A stretch of DNA of 64,000 nt from Waterburya sp. (GCA_965217895.1 CBDCJV010000002.1:2528001-2592000); one strand, 5' to 3'; shown: positions 51,148-62,660, counted from the first letter of the stretch. Translations and numbers: made by a program. The notes: generated by a model from the letters alone, not told the origin.

Positions 51148-52563
51148 ATGTATATGCAAACCAACGACACATTAAAGCCACCAATGGGACTGCCAAAAAG
51201 AAACATTAAGTATTTCTCTAGCACCCTCAGCGATGACCTGGCTGAAATCGCCACTTGTTTTAAATGGTTAACCCCAGGATTGTCAGTTAAACGCTGGCTA
51301 ATAGTTAACGTCATCGGCATTTTGCTGACTATTATAGGGTTGGCAAGTTTTCTCCCGCTAAATTTGGTTATTAATTTAATTACTTTTATCAGTGGTCTTT
51401 CGACCATAATCACCAATCTTGTTCCTAGCTATGTATGCAGTCTCTTAACTACTCTTCTAGGTTTATGCTTGGTTTTCTTTGGGCAAACCCGTACGATTGA
51501 ATCTATTACTGAAGTTATCAAGCCTCAGGGAAACCAAAGATTAGTCGATCTCTTACTATCCCGTCGCCGTTTACACCGAGGCGCAAAGATCGTTGCTGTC
51601 GGCGGAGGTACAGGTCTTTCTAGCCTGTTAAGAGGTTTAAAACATTACACTAATAACCTTACCGCTATTGTTACCGTTGCTGATGATGGCGGCTCTTCTG
51701 GACGATTAAGAGAAGAATTTGGGGTATTGCCTCCAGGAGATATACGCAACTGTATAGCAGCTTTAGCTAAGGAAGAAAGCTTGTTAACCGAATTGTTTCA
51801 ATATCGCTTTACCTGTGGTGATGGTTTAAAAGGTCACAGCTTTGGTAATTTATTTCTCACTGCTATGAGTGAAATTACAGGGAATTTAGAAAAAGCGATC
51901 GCAGCTAGTTCTAGAGTTTTAGCTATTCAAGGGCAAGTTTTGCCTGCAACCCTTAATGATGTGCGTTTATGGGCAGAATTAGACCAAGGACAACGGGTAG
52001 AAGGTGAATCAAATATTGCAGCAGTCAAAGGAAAAATCAAGAAGATTGGCTGTATTCCCGCTAATCCTACTGCTTTACCTGCAACCATCAAGGCGATCAA
52101 ATCAGCAAACTGTATTGTTTTAGGACCAGGAAGTCTTTACACGAGCATCATTCCCAACTTATTAGTGCCAGAAATTAGAGATGCGATCGCCTTAGCAAAA
52201 GTTCCCCGTATTTATGTCTGCAATATTATGACCCAGCCTGGAGAAACAGATGGCTATAGTGTCTCAGAACATATCAAAGCGATCGATAGGGCTTGTGGTC
52301 AAAAACTATTTGATGCAGTAATTGTTAATAGTCAACCTCTCTCCTCAGCAGCCTTAGCGAAATATGCTCAAGAAGGTTCTTATCCTGTAGTTATCGACCG
52401 AGAAGAAATTGCTTTGTTAGGTCGTCAGGTAATATTAGCTGATGTTTTAGACGAAAACCAAAAAACTCACTGTATTCGCCACAACTCTAATAAATTAGCT
52501 CAAAAAATCTCTGGAAAATCTTTGAAAAAAGAGCTGGTTACTATTGAAGCGCATAATATTTAA
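51148..52563 (+). CDS. YvcK/GlmR (UPF0052) family protein with N-terminal TM segments
   Basis: [43 protein letters not shown]. Confidence 0.92.
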   Translation: MYMQTNDTLKPPMGLPKRNIKYFSSTLSDDLAEIATCFKWLTPGLSVKRWLIVNVIGILLTIIGLASFLPLNLVINLITFISGLSTIITNLVPSYVCSLLTTLLGLCLVFFGQTRTIESITEVIKPQGNQRLVDLLLSRRRLHRGAKIVAVGGGTGLSSLLRGLKHYTNNLTAIVTVADDGGSSGRLREEFGVLPPGDIRNCIAALAKEESLLTELFQYRFTCGDGLKGHSFGNLFLTAMSEITGNLEKAIAASSRVLAIQGQVLPATLNDVRLWAELDQGQRVEGESNIAAVKGKIKKIGCIPANPTALPATIKAIKSANCIVLGPGSLYTSIIPNLLVPEIRDAIALAKVPRIYVCNIMTQPGETDGYSVSEHIKAIDRACGQKLFDAVIVNSQPLSSAALAKYAQEGSYPVVIDREEIALLGRQVILADVLDENQKTHCIRHNSNKLAQKISGKSLKKELVTIEAHNI

Positions 52564-52846
52564 CATCAAAGCTAGACTCCAAAATTATCCATAACTTTAT
52601 ACATATTTCACCGCTTCTTGATGCAATTGCCTTTTTTATAAGCCACATTAGTAATGAAGAGAGATTCACTTAGTTAAATACCGCAAGATAAAAGAAAATA
52701 TCAGTATTTATCAGGTAGTCAATTGAATTACTAGACTCTTCAAAATAAATAAAATTATCAAAAAAATTTCAGGTTGCTTTGAACACTACAGGCGATCGCT
52801 AATAACTAATAACTAACAACTAATTACTAATAACTTTTTAAAAATC

Positions 52847-54637
52847 ATGATTAGCATTTTAATTGTCGATGATCAAAAAAGTGTTCGCGCTAGACTTGAA
52901 TACTTAATAAATTCAGTTGCCGACTTTAAAGTGGCTGGCGTTGCCAAAAATGGTTTAGAGGCAATTTCTTGTGCTGCTAGCCTATATCCAGATATTATTT
53001 TGCTGGATATGGAAATGCCACAAATCGATGGTTTGACAGCAATTAGACTTATCTCGGCAGAATCTCCTGATAGCAGAATTTTGGTACTCAGCAGCCACGA
53101 TCAACCTGAATATGTAGCCGAATCTATGTCTGTCGGAGCGATGGGCTATTTATTAAAAGGAACTTGTGATCTAGAAATCGAACAGGCAATCAGGTTTGTT
53201 CATAAAGGTCATACTCACATGGGTGCAGGATTGTTTGCCAAAATGTTGCCTATGATGCAAACTAAGGAAAAATTTTTATTGCCAATTAGGGAAGAAGCTG
53301 CCAGTTCGTTGGCAATTATGGATCGCCCTCAGAAAATAACTTTTTATCAACCTAGTATTAATAGCAATACCGATACCAATATTAATACTGGTAGCAATGG
53401 GACAAAAAAACAAATATTAGCTTGGTTAATACTAATGTTAAGTCTGACTGCTGGTATTTACGGTATACGTCAGTGGCTCAGACAGCCTCTTCCTGCTTTG
53501 GGTTATACAGAGCAATCCGCTACTCTAGCAGACACGAAATTTACAGGTAAATTGCAGCCTGCTAAAACTTTTAAGATAGCTGCAATCAACCCTGGTGTAG
53601 TGGAAAACATTGAAGTACAGGTAGGGGACAAGGTAGAAGTTGGTCAAACTTTATTAACCCTCAAAAATTTAGCTGCGGTCGATCAAAAGAAACAGATCGT
53701 CCAAGAAAGGCAGTTAACTAAACAACAGCAACAAGAGGTACTTCAACAGCAGCAAAGTGCCAAACAAAAAATAATTGAGCTAGAGCAAAACATTAATCGC
53801 CTTAAGTATAGTTTAGTTCCCCTGCGGGCTAAAATTGCCGAAGCAAACCTAGATATGTCCCTAGCCAAAAGCCAAGCCGATCAGCTTCCTTTAGGTCAAA
53901 AACAGGATTCTGTACCCAGAACTAAAGCCATCTACCAACGCGCAAACGCCCGCTTCAATCGTCTTCAAAGTCTGCATAACCAGGGAGCGATCGCCCAAGA
54001 ACAGCTAGAACAAGCACAGGCAGATCTAGACGTAGCTAAAGTTGATTATGACATGGCGATCGCAGCCTCGGTTGCTAGTTCAAAACTAGAGCGTAGTCAA
54101 AAAGAACTATCTCACCTCCAAGAAAGGCTAGAGATTCAAGAACAGCAAGAGGCGATCGCCAATCTGGAAAAGCAAAAGCAAACTGCTAACTTAGAATATC
54201 AGCAGGCAACAGATAAATTGGCTTTGTTGAATCAACAGGCTAAACAGCTTAATGAGTATCAAGTTCCTGATGTTCGCAGGGTTGTTACAGCAACTGAAGC
54301 AGGAATTATTGCTGAGTTACCAGTTGCGGTAGGAGATCAAATCTATGCAGGTAATACTGTGGTTGGATTAGCTAAATTAGAACAGATCAGAGTCGCTGTG
54401 GCTGTTAATGCTCGCGTCATTAATGCTTTAGATGAACAGCAGGAGGCGTTGATTCAAATTGGATCGGGAGTGGCTGCACAGAAATTTGCAGGTAAGATTG
54501 CGACTATTAACCCCATACCCAACGAAAACTTGAATTACCTAGTGGAAGTGGAATTTGCCAACCCAACTCGCTCTTTGATTATTGGTCAATTAGCTCAAGT
54601 CCAATTTTTGCCGCAGACAGTTGCTGAAGGTAATTAA
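52847..54637 (+). CDS. Receiver domain fused to a HlyD/membrane-fusion (periplasmic adaptor) protein
   Basis: ILIVDD...LLDMEMP...GYLLK; one TM; lipoyl halves (GVVENIEVQVGDKVEVGQ, GIIAELPVAVGD) around a long coiled coil. Confidence 0.85.
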   Translation: MISILIVDDQKSVRARLEYLINSVADFKVAGVAKNGLEAISCAASLYPDIILLDMEMPQIDGLTAIRLISAESPDSRILVLSSHDQPEYVAESMSVGAMGYLLKGTCDLEIEQAIRFVHKGHTHMGAGLFAKMLPMMQTKEKFLLPIREEAASSLAIMDRPQKITFYQPSINSNTDTNINTGSNGTKKQILAWLILMLSLTAGIYGIRQWLRQPLPALGYTEQSATLADTKFTGKLQPAKTFKIAAINPGVVENIEVQVGDKVEVGQTLLTLKNLAAVDQKKQIVQERQLTKQQQQEVLQQQQSAKQKIIELEQNINRLKYSLVPLRAKIAEANLDMSLAKSQADQLPLGQKQDSVPRTKAIYQRANARFNRLQSLHNQGAIAQEQLEQAQADLDVAKVDYDMAIAASVASSKLERSQKELSHLQERLEIQEQQEAIANLEKQKQTANLEYQQATDKLALLNQQAKQLNEYQVPDVRRVVTATEAGIIAELPVAVGDQIYAGNTVVGLAKLEQIRVAVAVNARVINALDEQQEALIQIGSGVAAQKFAGKIATINPIPNENLNYLVEVEFANPTRSLIIGQLAQVQFLPQTVAEGN

Positions 54638-54719
54638 TTCCAATGCTCGAAAGTAACAATAAATTTAGTAGAGGTCAGAAGTCAGAAATAAAACTGCCCT
54701 AACTGCTCTAACTGTATAT

Positions 54720-56081
54720 TTACCAAGGATTACCAATAAGAGTAAATCCTGCCCAATAATAAGGGTGATCGAAATTTTGTGATTCAATTTCAGTAACGTT
54801 ATCAGGCAAATCTACCTCCACTTTTGAACCTCTGACTTTAGTTCCTTCGACAAAAACTTTCTTCTGCAACATATTTATTTGAGCCTGTCTTAAAGCTTCG
54901 GCTTTGATTGGGGTTGATTTTAGCTGTTGATAAAACTCACTCATCAAAACAACTGTTCCAGCATCATTGATATTCCACAAACTTGCTAAAGCCGATTTGA
55001 CTCCCGCCTGCATAGCTAATCCTGCAAAACCAAATTCAGCATCTTTATCCCCTAAAGCAGTTTCACAAGCACTAAGAACTAATAAATCTACTGGTGGCAG
55101 TTCTAATTTTAAATCAGCAAGCTGTTCTAAACTTAATTTGCGATCGCTAAACTGTATATATGAATACTCTGGTGAACCTGAGCTAAACCTGGAGTGGGAG
55201 GCAATATGAATAATATCAAAACCTCCTTGCTGATGAGCTTTTTTGAGATTTTGAATAGTAAATTTTTTGTTAATCACCTTTAGTCCAGGCCATAACTTAG
55301 GCACAATGGTATTTAGCTCTACTTCTACTCCTGGCAAAGATGGTAGATCCTTGAACTTTGACGCTCCCATTGCCAGAACCTTTTTATCTGTTTCGGGTTT
55401 ATAGCTGGTATCAGTCAGGTTAAATGCTGGAATAAGAGCCAGATTGTACTTTTCTATCACAAACTTTTCTCCGTCGTGAAGTGCAGCAAAAGGAAGAGAG
55501 CGCAAGCTAGAACCCGTACAAAGTAGTAAGGTATCAATTTTTTCTGCTTCTAAATATGGCTCTAAAGGTTTAAACAGCCATTGGTAAAGTATCCTCGCCG
55601 GGGGTAAATAGTCTAAGGATAGAGTATCGGTAATTTCTGTGTTTAATTCTTCAATTCTTAAAGTTAACCTGTCAAGTTTGGCAGCTCTAATTTCTTTATT
55701 TATAAACTGGCGTTCGGGAGTAATTAACATTAAGTGCAAGAAATCATCTTGAGGCATTATCCAAATAACTGCTGGTTTGATCCCCGTTGACTTGCTGATT
55801 TCATTTAAATGTCCAGCAATTTGCCAGGCAGAGCGAGAACTACTAGCAAAGTTGCGTTTAAAATAGCCTTCGTAATCGTTTTCCCATCTATTTTCTGCAT
55901 TGGCAATCATGTCAGAAAACGCTCCCAAATCTACCAAGTCTTTTGTTGGTGGCTTTTCCTCAGCAACAGTTTGAGATTTTAGTGGCTGGGCATTGGTAAG
56001 AATAATTGCGATCGCAATTAAGCCAAAAATTAAAAAATAGAACCATCTATGGCTTATCTTGATGAATATTTTTCGCAGCAT
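54720..56081 (-). CDS. CHAT domain protein (caspase-HetF-like), probably secreted
   Basis: LPFAALHDG, IIHIASHS, LLVLSACETALG, LASLW, HPYYWAGF; hydrophobic N-terminus. Confidence 0.92.
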   Translation of the reverse strand: MLRKIFIKISHRWFYFLIFGLIAIAIILTNAQPLKSQTVAEEKPPTKDLVDLGAFSDMIANAENRWENDYEGYFKRNFASSSRSAWQIAGHLNEISKSTGIKPAVIWIMPQDDFLHLMLITPERQFINKEIRAAKLDRLTLRIEELNTEITDTLSLDYLPPARILYQWLFKPLEPYLEAEKIDTLLLCTGSSLRSLPFAALHDGEKFVIEKYNLALIPAFNLTDTSYKPETDKKVLAMGASKFKDLPSLPGVEVELNTIVPKLWPGLKVINKKFTIQNLKKAHQQGGFDIIHIASHSRFSSGSPEYSYIQFSDRKLSLEQLADLKLELPPVDLLVLSACETALGDKDAEFGFAGLAMQAGVKSALASLWNINDAGTVVLMSEFYQQLKSTPIKAEALRQAQINMLQKKVFVEGTKVRGSKVEVDLPDNVTEIESQNFDHPYYWAGFTLIGNPW

Positions 56082-56250
56082 GATAGATACCCCTGGTTTA
56101 GCTTCAAACTATTACGCTACACGATTAACTATCAAATTTCTTAATAGATGTTAGTAAGGATCGGCAGAGTCAAGTCTGATTAAGTAATAATAAACTTACA
56201 ATAAATGATGAGCATTTCCCTAGTCCGACAATATTATAAAAGCGATCGCT

Positions 56251-57366
56251 ATGACATCTGTTAATACTCAAGTTCAAGCACCTTCTGACATGGATATGTC
56301 TAAAAGAGGTTTGCCCGTTACTATTATTACTGGTTTTCTAGGTAGCGGTAAAACCACATTACTTAACCACATTCTGACCAACCAAGCAGGAATTAAAACC
56401 GCAGTCTTAGTCAATGAATTTGGTGAAATTGGCATTGATAATGAGCTAATTGTTACTACCGATGAAAACATGGTCGAGTTGAATAATGGCTGTATCTGCT
56501 GCACTATTAACGAAGACCTAGTTAACGCCGTTTACAAAATACTCGAACGAGAAGAAAAAATTGATTACCTAGTAGTAGAGACAACTGGATTAGCCGATCC
56601 TCTACCTGTGGCGTTAACCTTTTTAGGAACAGAATTGCGGGACATGACTCGCCTTGATTCGATTGTGACTATGGTAGACTGCGCTAACTTTAGCTTAGAT
56701 CTATTTAATAGCGAAGCTGCACAAAGTCAGATTCAATATGGTGATGTGATTGTTCTGAATAAAACTGACTTGGTAGATGAGGCGGATGTAGATGCTTTAG
56801 AAGTCAGACTCAAAGATATGAAAAAAGATGCGCGTATTCTGCGTACTCAAAACTCTCAAGTATCTCTTCCTCTGATTTTGAGCGTTGGTTTGTTTGAGTC
56901 TGACAAATATTATGAACAGACTGAATCAGCAGAACACGATCACGATCATGACCATGAACACCACCACGATCACGATCATGAACACCACGATCATGACCAC
57001 CATCACGATCACAATCATGAAAATCACGAGCATTCCCATCATTTAGAAAATGACGGCTTTTCCTCCATGTCATTTCAGTTTGATAAACCCTTAGCAATTC
57101 GCAAATTTCAGTACTTTCTAGACAATCAGTTACCAGAAAATATTTTTCGCGCTAAAGGTATTTTGTGGTTTGATGAAAGTCCCAAACGCCATATTTTTCA
57201 CCTTAGCGGTAAGCGATTTACTTTAGAGGACGAAGAATGGCAAGGCGAAAAGAAAAATCGGCTAGTTCTAATTGGTCAAAACCTAGATGAAGAAACCCTC
57301 CGCCAACAAATTAATAATTGTGTATGCCTGCCAAAAAGCGATCGCGGTAAAGGCTTTGGAAAGTAA
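56251..57366 (+). CDS. CobW/COG0523 GTPase metallochaperone with His-rich tract
   Basis: GFLGSGKTT, NEFG, GCICC, ETTG, NKTD, HDHDH repeats, RAKG. Confidence 0.93.
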   Translation: MTSVNTQVQAPSDMDMSKRGLPVTIITGFLGSGKTTLLNHILTNQAGIKTAVLVNEFGEIGIDNELIVTTDENMVELNNGCICCTINEDLVNAVYKILEREEKIDYLVVETTGLADPLPVALTFLGTELRDMTRLDSIVTMVDCANFSLDLFNSEAAQSQIQYGDVIVLNKTDLVDEADVDALEVRLKDMKKDARILRTQNSQVSLPLILSVGLFESDKYYEQTESAEHDHDHDHEHHHDHDHEHHDHDHHHDHNHENHEHSHHLENDGFSSMSFQFDKPLAIRKFQYFLDNQLPENIFRAKGILWFDESPKRHIFHLSGKRFTLEDEEWQGEKKNRLVLIGQNLDEETLRQQINNCVCLPKSDRGKGFGK

Positions 57367-57666
57367 TTAAATGCTTGTTGTTCTATACAACAAGTTAAAT
57401 CAATTTCTTTCTTCAGGATTGACTTAAACTATCTCATCGCACCGCCGAAAGCCAGCCCTGCGTCGGCGGTAAGAGGGCAAACCCCCTAAAGGGTTCAGCA
57501 GTTTGAGCTTATTTTCTATTTTAAAAAGCGACATAATCTATAAATTTATTAGAAAACTCTATTGTTGTTATTAAAGAAAATTTACAAAATAATACAAATC
57601 ACTATTGCAGAAGAGTGCGATCGCGCCAATTATAATCAATTAAATAAATTTAAAAATATTAGGATA

Positions 57667-59016
57667 CTATCTAAATTTAGCAACCTTAATGAATTTAGAA
57701 GCTGTAATTTTGAGATGTCCATCAAAACTTTCAACTGTATAAGACCTCGATTCTTTTTGAGTTGAACCGTCTAGCCAAATATAAGTGTTTTGTCCGATGA
57801 AACTGATTGAATTTTGGGTTTTTGAGGTTATACGTAAGTTTTCTACTGTTACTCTTTGAAATTGACTAAAGAAATTGGAGTTAAATTGATATGCCAATTG
57901 AGGATTGTACAATAATTCAGCTTCGGCAAAACTTTTTTGTGAGAGTAAATCATATAATCTTGTAATAATATTGATTGATTCGCTCTCATTAATATCTTCA
58001 TAACTTTCATTATTTATCGAAGAATTTTGAGATGAATAATTATTAACATCTTTATCGAGGTTATAGACTGTTGGTTCGCCAACTTCTCCACTTCCTACTT
58101 TTTCCTGCATTAAGCTGGCAAATTGTTCGGCTTTTGATTCATTAATAAAGGAAGCAACTTGAATCGAGTGAATTTGTTTTTGCTGGCGATATTTACGAAT
58201 CGCATCTTGGCAATAGTAACTACGAATTGTGCTTAAATTTTCTGGCGTGTCATCAACATAAACTGGATACCAAGTATTAGCACCACCAGGATCGTTATCA
58301 CCACAAGAATCTAAAGGAAAGTCATAATTATCAAAAGTTTTTTCTTGAAGTTGAGTAGATACCTTTGCTGAAGAATTAATTATCTTTTCTGTCTCTGGTA
58401 TATTATCTTGTTCAAAAGTCTCTGAAGTGATAGTGTCAGAAGTTTGTTGTTCGATATTGCTTGCTGTTTGATTTGCTATGTAACCATTTATCACTAAGCC
58501 TAAAAAAATAAAAAATCCGATTGTCCCACCAATAATCCAGGCTTTCCCTGATTCTTTAGAGTTATTAGATGGTGAAATAACTGGAGTAAAAACAGGAGTA
58601 ATAATATCAGAATTTTCTTCCTTATGATTTAAATTACCAACTTGGCTATTTCGATTACTTTCTATCTGTTTGTTAAGCTCAATTTTAGGCTCTACTGGAA
58701 TAGAGGTATCGATTATAGAAGCAGTATGTTGTACTTGTTTTTCTTGTTTGATTTCTCTGCGATCAACTAACTCATTATTATTTAAGATAAACTCGGACTT
58801 GAGAGATTCAAGTTCTTGCTGTTCTTGTTCGAGTTGTTCTATCTGACTTTTGGAACGTTTGAGCTTTTTAATTTCCCTTTCTAACTGTTTCTTTTGCTCG
58901 TTACGTTCAATTGGATCGGAAATATTAGCTTCTAATTCATTTAATTGCTGCTCTAGTAATTTAATATCTCTTTTTATTTTTAAAGCTGACATAATATATG
59001 AGTTTATTAAATTCAA
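57667..59016 (-). CDS. Hypothetical single-pass membrane protein with N-terminal coiled coil
   Basis: E/Q/K heptad-rich N-terminus; TM WIIGGTIGFFIFLGLVI; extracellular region with SCGD...YCQDA; start may be ATG 58992. Confidence 0.75.
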   Translation of the reverse strand: MNLINSYIMSALKIKRDIKLLEQQLNELEANISDPIERNEQKKQLEREIKKLKRSKSQIEQLEQEQQELESLKSEFILNNNELVDRREIKQEKQVQHTASIIDTSIPVEPKIELNKQIESNRNSQVGNLNHKEENSDIITPVFTPVISPSNNSKESGKAWIIGGTIGFFIFLGLVINGYIANQTASNIEQQTSDTITSETFEQDNIPETEKIINSSAKVSTQLQEKTFDNYDFPLDSCGDNDPGGANTWYPVYVDDTPENLSTIRSYYCQDAIRKYRQQKQIHSIQVASFINESKAEQFASLMQEKVGSGEVGEPTVYNLDKDVNNYSSQNSSINNESYEDINESESINIITRLYDLLSQKSFAEAELLYNPQLAYQFNSNFFSQFQRVTVENLRITSKTQNSISFIGQNTYIWLDGSTQKESRSYTVESFDGHLKITASKFIKVAKFR

Positions 59017-59098
59017 AACTCTATTATCAGTATTTATCAGCTAGTTGAAAAGGATACAAATCACAGTCAGTAAAGATTGCGATCGCTTTACAAATTCC

Positions 59099-60493
59099 TT
59101 AATCTTTTTGAACGGCATAACATAAGCGTCCAATAGTAGAACCAGACTCATTCATGGAATTAAGAGTAATATTTTTTAGGCTATTCATAAAGTCAGATAA
59201 ATTACTGGTTTTTGAGCCATCACTACCACTATTTAGATTCCACTCACTCCACCAATCAGGTTTTTGTAAATCTTTAGCAGTTACATCAACTTTAAAATAG
59301 TAAATGTTAGATTCAGTCAGATTATTCGGGTTTATAGTTGTAACAAAATTAAGTTGATTATTATCAATTTGCCAATCTTTAAAATTTAAAGCTTTGGCAG
59401 CAGCAGGTGCTTGCTTGAACTGTTGTTTATTAAATTTATCAAATTCACTTACGTCTATGGCTACTTTCAAATCGTTAGGATCGGCTGATAAAGTATGATT
59501 GATTTGCTTTAAAGGTATTTGATATTTTACTTCCAAAGCATCAGCATTTTTATTCTTAATTTCTAATAATTCTATCGGTTGATTGTTCTTTTCTACAGAC
59601 ACATCTCCATTATTTAATAAGCTTGGTGCTGCTAAATCTGATGACAGGTTTAGAGGCGAATTGAGATAGGATACATCGGCAACTAAATTATGTGGTGAAA
59701 AAATTAAAAATTTACTGCGATCGCTCAAGTTTCCTTCTTCTTTGGCTAACTTATCAAAGTAATTCGTAATATCTTGATAGTCGCCGAGAAATAATATGTA
59801 AAATGGTCGATACTGCTTGCTTGTTTTTCCGACCGTATTGTAATTAAACTTTTTATTGGCATCACTGGCAGAATAAACAGTACCATTAAATTCGCTTTTT
59901 ACTGCCCAAATACCTACAGCATAGTTGTTATCTTGACTATTAAAATAATTCTCTTTAATTTTGTTAGCAATTAAATTAACATCACCATCATTTTGTTCTA
60001 AATCTGTAATGATTACCGTCAGGCGATCGCTATTTTTTGGTTTAGTAATCAGAGAACCTAAATCGCTAGAAACAGCAGGGAAAGTAGAATTTGTTCCATC
60101 ATAAAAATCTGACTTGTTAGCTTTACGAAATTCTGAACGAGTTAGTCCTTTAGCTTGATGTTGATAATCTCCAGAACGATAATATTTAACAGTAGATGGA
60201 GAACGCCTACTACTTAAATTTAGAGTACTATCTAATAATTTTAATGCTTGGATATAAGAGCTATTTTCTTGATTTATATAGCCCAACATTGATCCAGAAC
60301 CGTCAATATTAACATCGATAGCTAATGGATTTGTAAGTTCAGCCTGTTGGTCTTTTTGCTCTAATTCACAATGTAAATTAGCATAATCTCCATTGACTGG
60401 CGTTCCTTCTGGCTCTCCTTTAGCAACTGCAACACAGCCAGACAACATACCTACAATAGCCAAATAACTAATATTTCTTTTAAATAAAAACAT
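59099..60493 (-). CDS. Lipoprotein with vWA-like domain
   Basis: Lipobox LSGC; MIDAS-like IDGSGSM; TVIITDLE. Confidence 0.75.
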   Translation of the reverse strand: MFLFKRNISYLAIVGMLSGCVAVAKGEPEGTPVNGDYANLHCELEQKDQQAELTNPLAIDVNIDGSGSMLGYINQENSSYIQALKLLDSTLNLSSRRSPSTVKYYRSGDYQHQAKGLTRSEFRKANKSDFYDGTNSTFPAVSSDLGSLITKPKNSDRLTVIITDLEQNDGDVNLIANKIKENYFNSQDNNYAVGIWAVKSEFNGTVYSASDANKKFNYNTVGKTSKQYRPFYILFLGDYQDITNYFDKLAKEEGNLSDRSKFLIFSPHNLVADVSYLNSPLNLSSDLAAPSLLNNGDVSVEKNNQPIELLEIKNKNADALEVKYQIPLKQINHTLSADPNDLKVAIDVSEFDKFNKQQFKQAPAAAKALNFKDWQIDNNQLNFVTTINPNNLTESNIYYFKVDVTAKDLQKPDWWSEWNLNSGSDGSKTSNLSDFMNSLKNITLNSMNESGSTIGRLCYAVQKD

Positions 60494-60628
60494 ACTTGTA
60501 GTTAAAAATAAGTTTTAGCAGTTTAGCTAAATTTCAGGGTAAATACCCATAAACATGATGTTTTCAATCAAAAATTTATGAGTTAAATTGTAATTAACTA
60601 ATATTTATTATGACAATAAGCTAAATAT

Positions 60629-61099
60629 ATGAAATCAGGAGAAATAACTAGACTAATAATCTGTTTGATTATTGGTGCGTTAATAATTTTTCTCGGACAG
60701 CCAAAACTTTATGATTTAAGAATAGTTAGAATTACTGATATCCCCGATCTTAAAGAATGGATTGGTAGCTACTATATGAATCAAGCTGCTATTGTTTTTG
60801 TAATCTCTTTAATTTCGGTAATTTTTTGGTCTATTTCTGCTGTTCGCTCAAAAGCTAACGGCAGTGAATTAAAAACCTGGCAAGGCGTTTGGTATGCACT
60901 TTTATTTGTTAACGTTTTGAGTATTTTTATTGCTATTTATCTGAATAAGGTCAGTGATGATGCCCTACTTTCATCAATATTTTTCTTACTATTTGATGTG
61001 ATTTGGGTTTTTTGGCTAGGAACAGCTTTAAGTTCACCTAATTTATTTATGTATTTACCCCCAGGTTCGGGAACAATACGCCGAGTTTTTGGAGATTAA
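60629..61099 (+). CDS. Hypothetical four-TM membrane protein
   Basis: Four hydrophobic segments; C-terminal SSP...YLPPG. Confidence 0.8.
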   Translation: MKSGEITRLIICLIIGALIIFLGQPKLYDLRIVRITDIPDLKEWIGSYYMNQAAIVFVISLISVIFWSISAVRSKANGSELKTWQGVWYALLFVNVLSIFIAIYLNKVSDDALLSSIFFLLFDVIWVFWLGTALSSPNLFMYLPPGSGTIRRVFGD

Positions 61100-61103
61100 A
61101 TTA

Positions 61104-62591
61104 ATGACTATATATCTAGTTGGTATTGGTGGCAGTGGGGCAAAATGTGTAGAGTCAGTAGTGCATTTAGCATCAGTAGGATTGTTTCCTCAAGAGCCAA
61201 TCAAAGTATTATTTGTCGATGCCGACGAAAGTAACGGCAATGTTGAAAGAGCGAGAAATAGTTTAAATATTCAAACTGAATGCCAGCGAATATTATCGGC
61301 AATTGATAAACAACAGTGTCCTTGGATGCAGACATCAATTAAATCTTTCGATCTCTGGTCGCCATTTGCCAAAAATAGTTTAAATAAAGAATTAAGTGCG
61401 TTTTTTAATTACAACAACATTAAACAAAGTGAGCCAGCCTTAGCTAATCTCTTTGATGTTCTCTATACAGACACAGAAAAACAAGAAAATTTAGATGTAG
61501 GTTTTCGTGGTAGACCTGCTATCGGTGCTGCGGTGATGAGTCAAGTAGACCTCAATCGCCTAGATGAAGAACCCTGGGGGACTTTTATCGAACAAATTAG
61601 AGCCGATGTCAACGAAGGTAAACAACCAAAAGTGTTGCTGTGTGGCTCGATCTTTGGCGGTACTGGGGCATCGGGACTACCTACTATTGCTCGCTTGATT
61701 GCTAATAAATTAAACGAGATTAAGATTAGAGAACGAGTCAAGATTGGTTCTGTTTTTATTCTGCCTTATTTTGGCTTTACTGCTCCTGCGGGAGAAAGTG
61801 AAAACGGCATTTATGCTCAGTCGGATAAGTTTTTGCTCAACACAGAAGCAGCACTGCGTTACTATGTCACCCAAGCTCAAGGCATTTTTGATACCGTCTA
61901 TTTATTAGGCAACGAGAATTTAGCTAGGGTTAACTTTAGCATTGGTAAAAATACCCAGTGCAATCAGCCTCATTTTATTGAATTATATGCTGGTCTGGCT
62001 GCCAGACATTTCTTAACGGAAACTCATCCCCAAGAAGAAACAATTGTCTTGTTATCTCGTTCACGTTCGCAATATATCAACTGGGATGACATTCCCGATG
62101 GCAATAATGTCCAAAAGATTTTAGGCAGTACCACTAGATTTGCTTATACCTGGCTGGCAGAAATTGCTCCAGAATTAACCAATGCTAAACAAGAAGGATT
62201 TAAAAGCTACATTAGGTTCGCTCCTTGGATGAGTAGATTTTACGATACCGATCCTAAAAAACCGCTTCAGTTTGACAGCAGCCAGCAGCAAAATGCGATC
62301 GTCATAATAAACAACTGGTGCAAAGACTATTTACGCTGGTTACAAGAAATTCATCAATGCGAAAGCGACAGAATTGAACTATTTAAACACAGCATTTTTG
62401 CCCAAGTCGATCAGCTTCAGGGAACTAAATTACAAGATTTGATCCTGGGAGATAACCGCGATGCCAAAACCAGACAACGCAACGATGAACCAACCAGAAT
62501 TAAAAATAATCTTCATCCCAAAAATATTCAAGGCAATAATAACGGCACGGTGGGATTAGCTCAAGCTGTATATCAGGCTTGTCAGCTTTAG
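61104..62591 (+). CDS. Tubulin/FtsZ-like GTPase (divergent, Tubulin_2-type)
   Basis: VGIGGSG, FVDAD, GFRGRPAIG, SIFGGTGASG signature, LPYF; start placed at ATG 61104. Confidence 0.88.
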   Translation: MTIYLVGIGGSGAKCVESVVHLASVGLFPQEPIKVLFVDADESNGNVERARNSLNIQTECQRILSAIDKQQCPWMQTSIKSFDLWSPFAKNSLNKELSAFFNYNNIKQSEPALANLFDVLYTDTEKQENLDVGFRGRPAIGAAVMSQVDLNRLDEEPWGTFIEQIRADVNEGKQPKVLLCGSIFGGTGASGLPTIARLIANKLNEIKIRERVKIGSVFILPYFGFTAPAGESENGIYAQSDKFLLNTEAALRYYVTQAQGIFDTVYLLGNENLARVNFSIGKNTQCNQPHFIELYAGLAARHFLTETHPQEETIVLLSRSRSQYINWDDIPDGNNVQKILGSTTRFAYTWLAEIAPELTNAKQEGFKSYIRFAPWMSRFYDTDPKKPLQFDSSQQQNAIVIINNWCKDYLRWLQEIHQCESDRIELFKHSIFAQVDQLQGTKLQDLILGDNRDAKTRQRNDEPTRIKNNLHPKNIQGNNNGTVGLAQAVYQACQL

Positions 62592-62660
62592 TAGGGGCGA
62601 TTCGCGAATCGCCCCTACGATTTTCAACTTCTGTACGGGCGAACGGCCGTTCGCCCCTAC
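62592..62660. repeat. Two REP hairpins
   Basis: GTAGGGGCGATTCGCGAATCGCCCCTAC and GTACGGGCGAACGGCCGTTCGCCCCTAC. Confidence 0.8.

Noticed and set aside
56932..57042. CAY/GAY-rich tandem repeat
   Set aside because: Encodes the ordinary His-rich tract of the COG0523 protein
412..61741. Many short ORFs in the track overlapping longer genes on the opposite strand or another frame (e.g. 554-763, 8927-9157, 24681-25016, 56810-57097, 61541-61741)
   Set aside because: Shadow ORFs of well-supported genes, with no recognisable motifs
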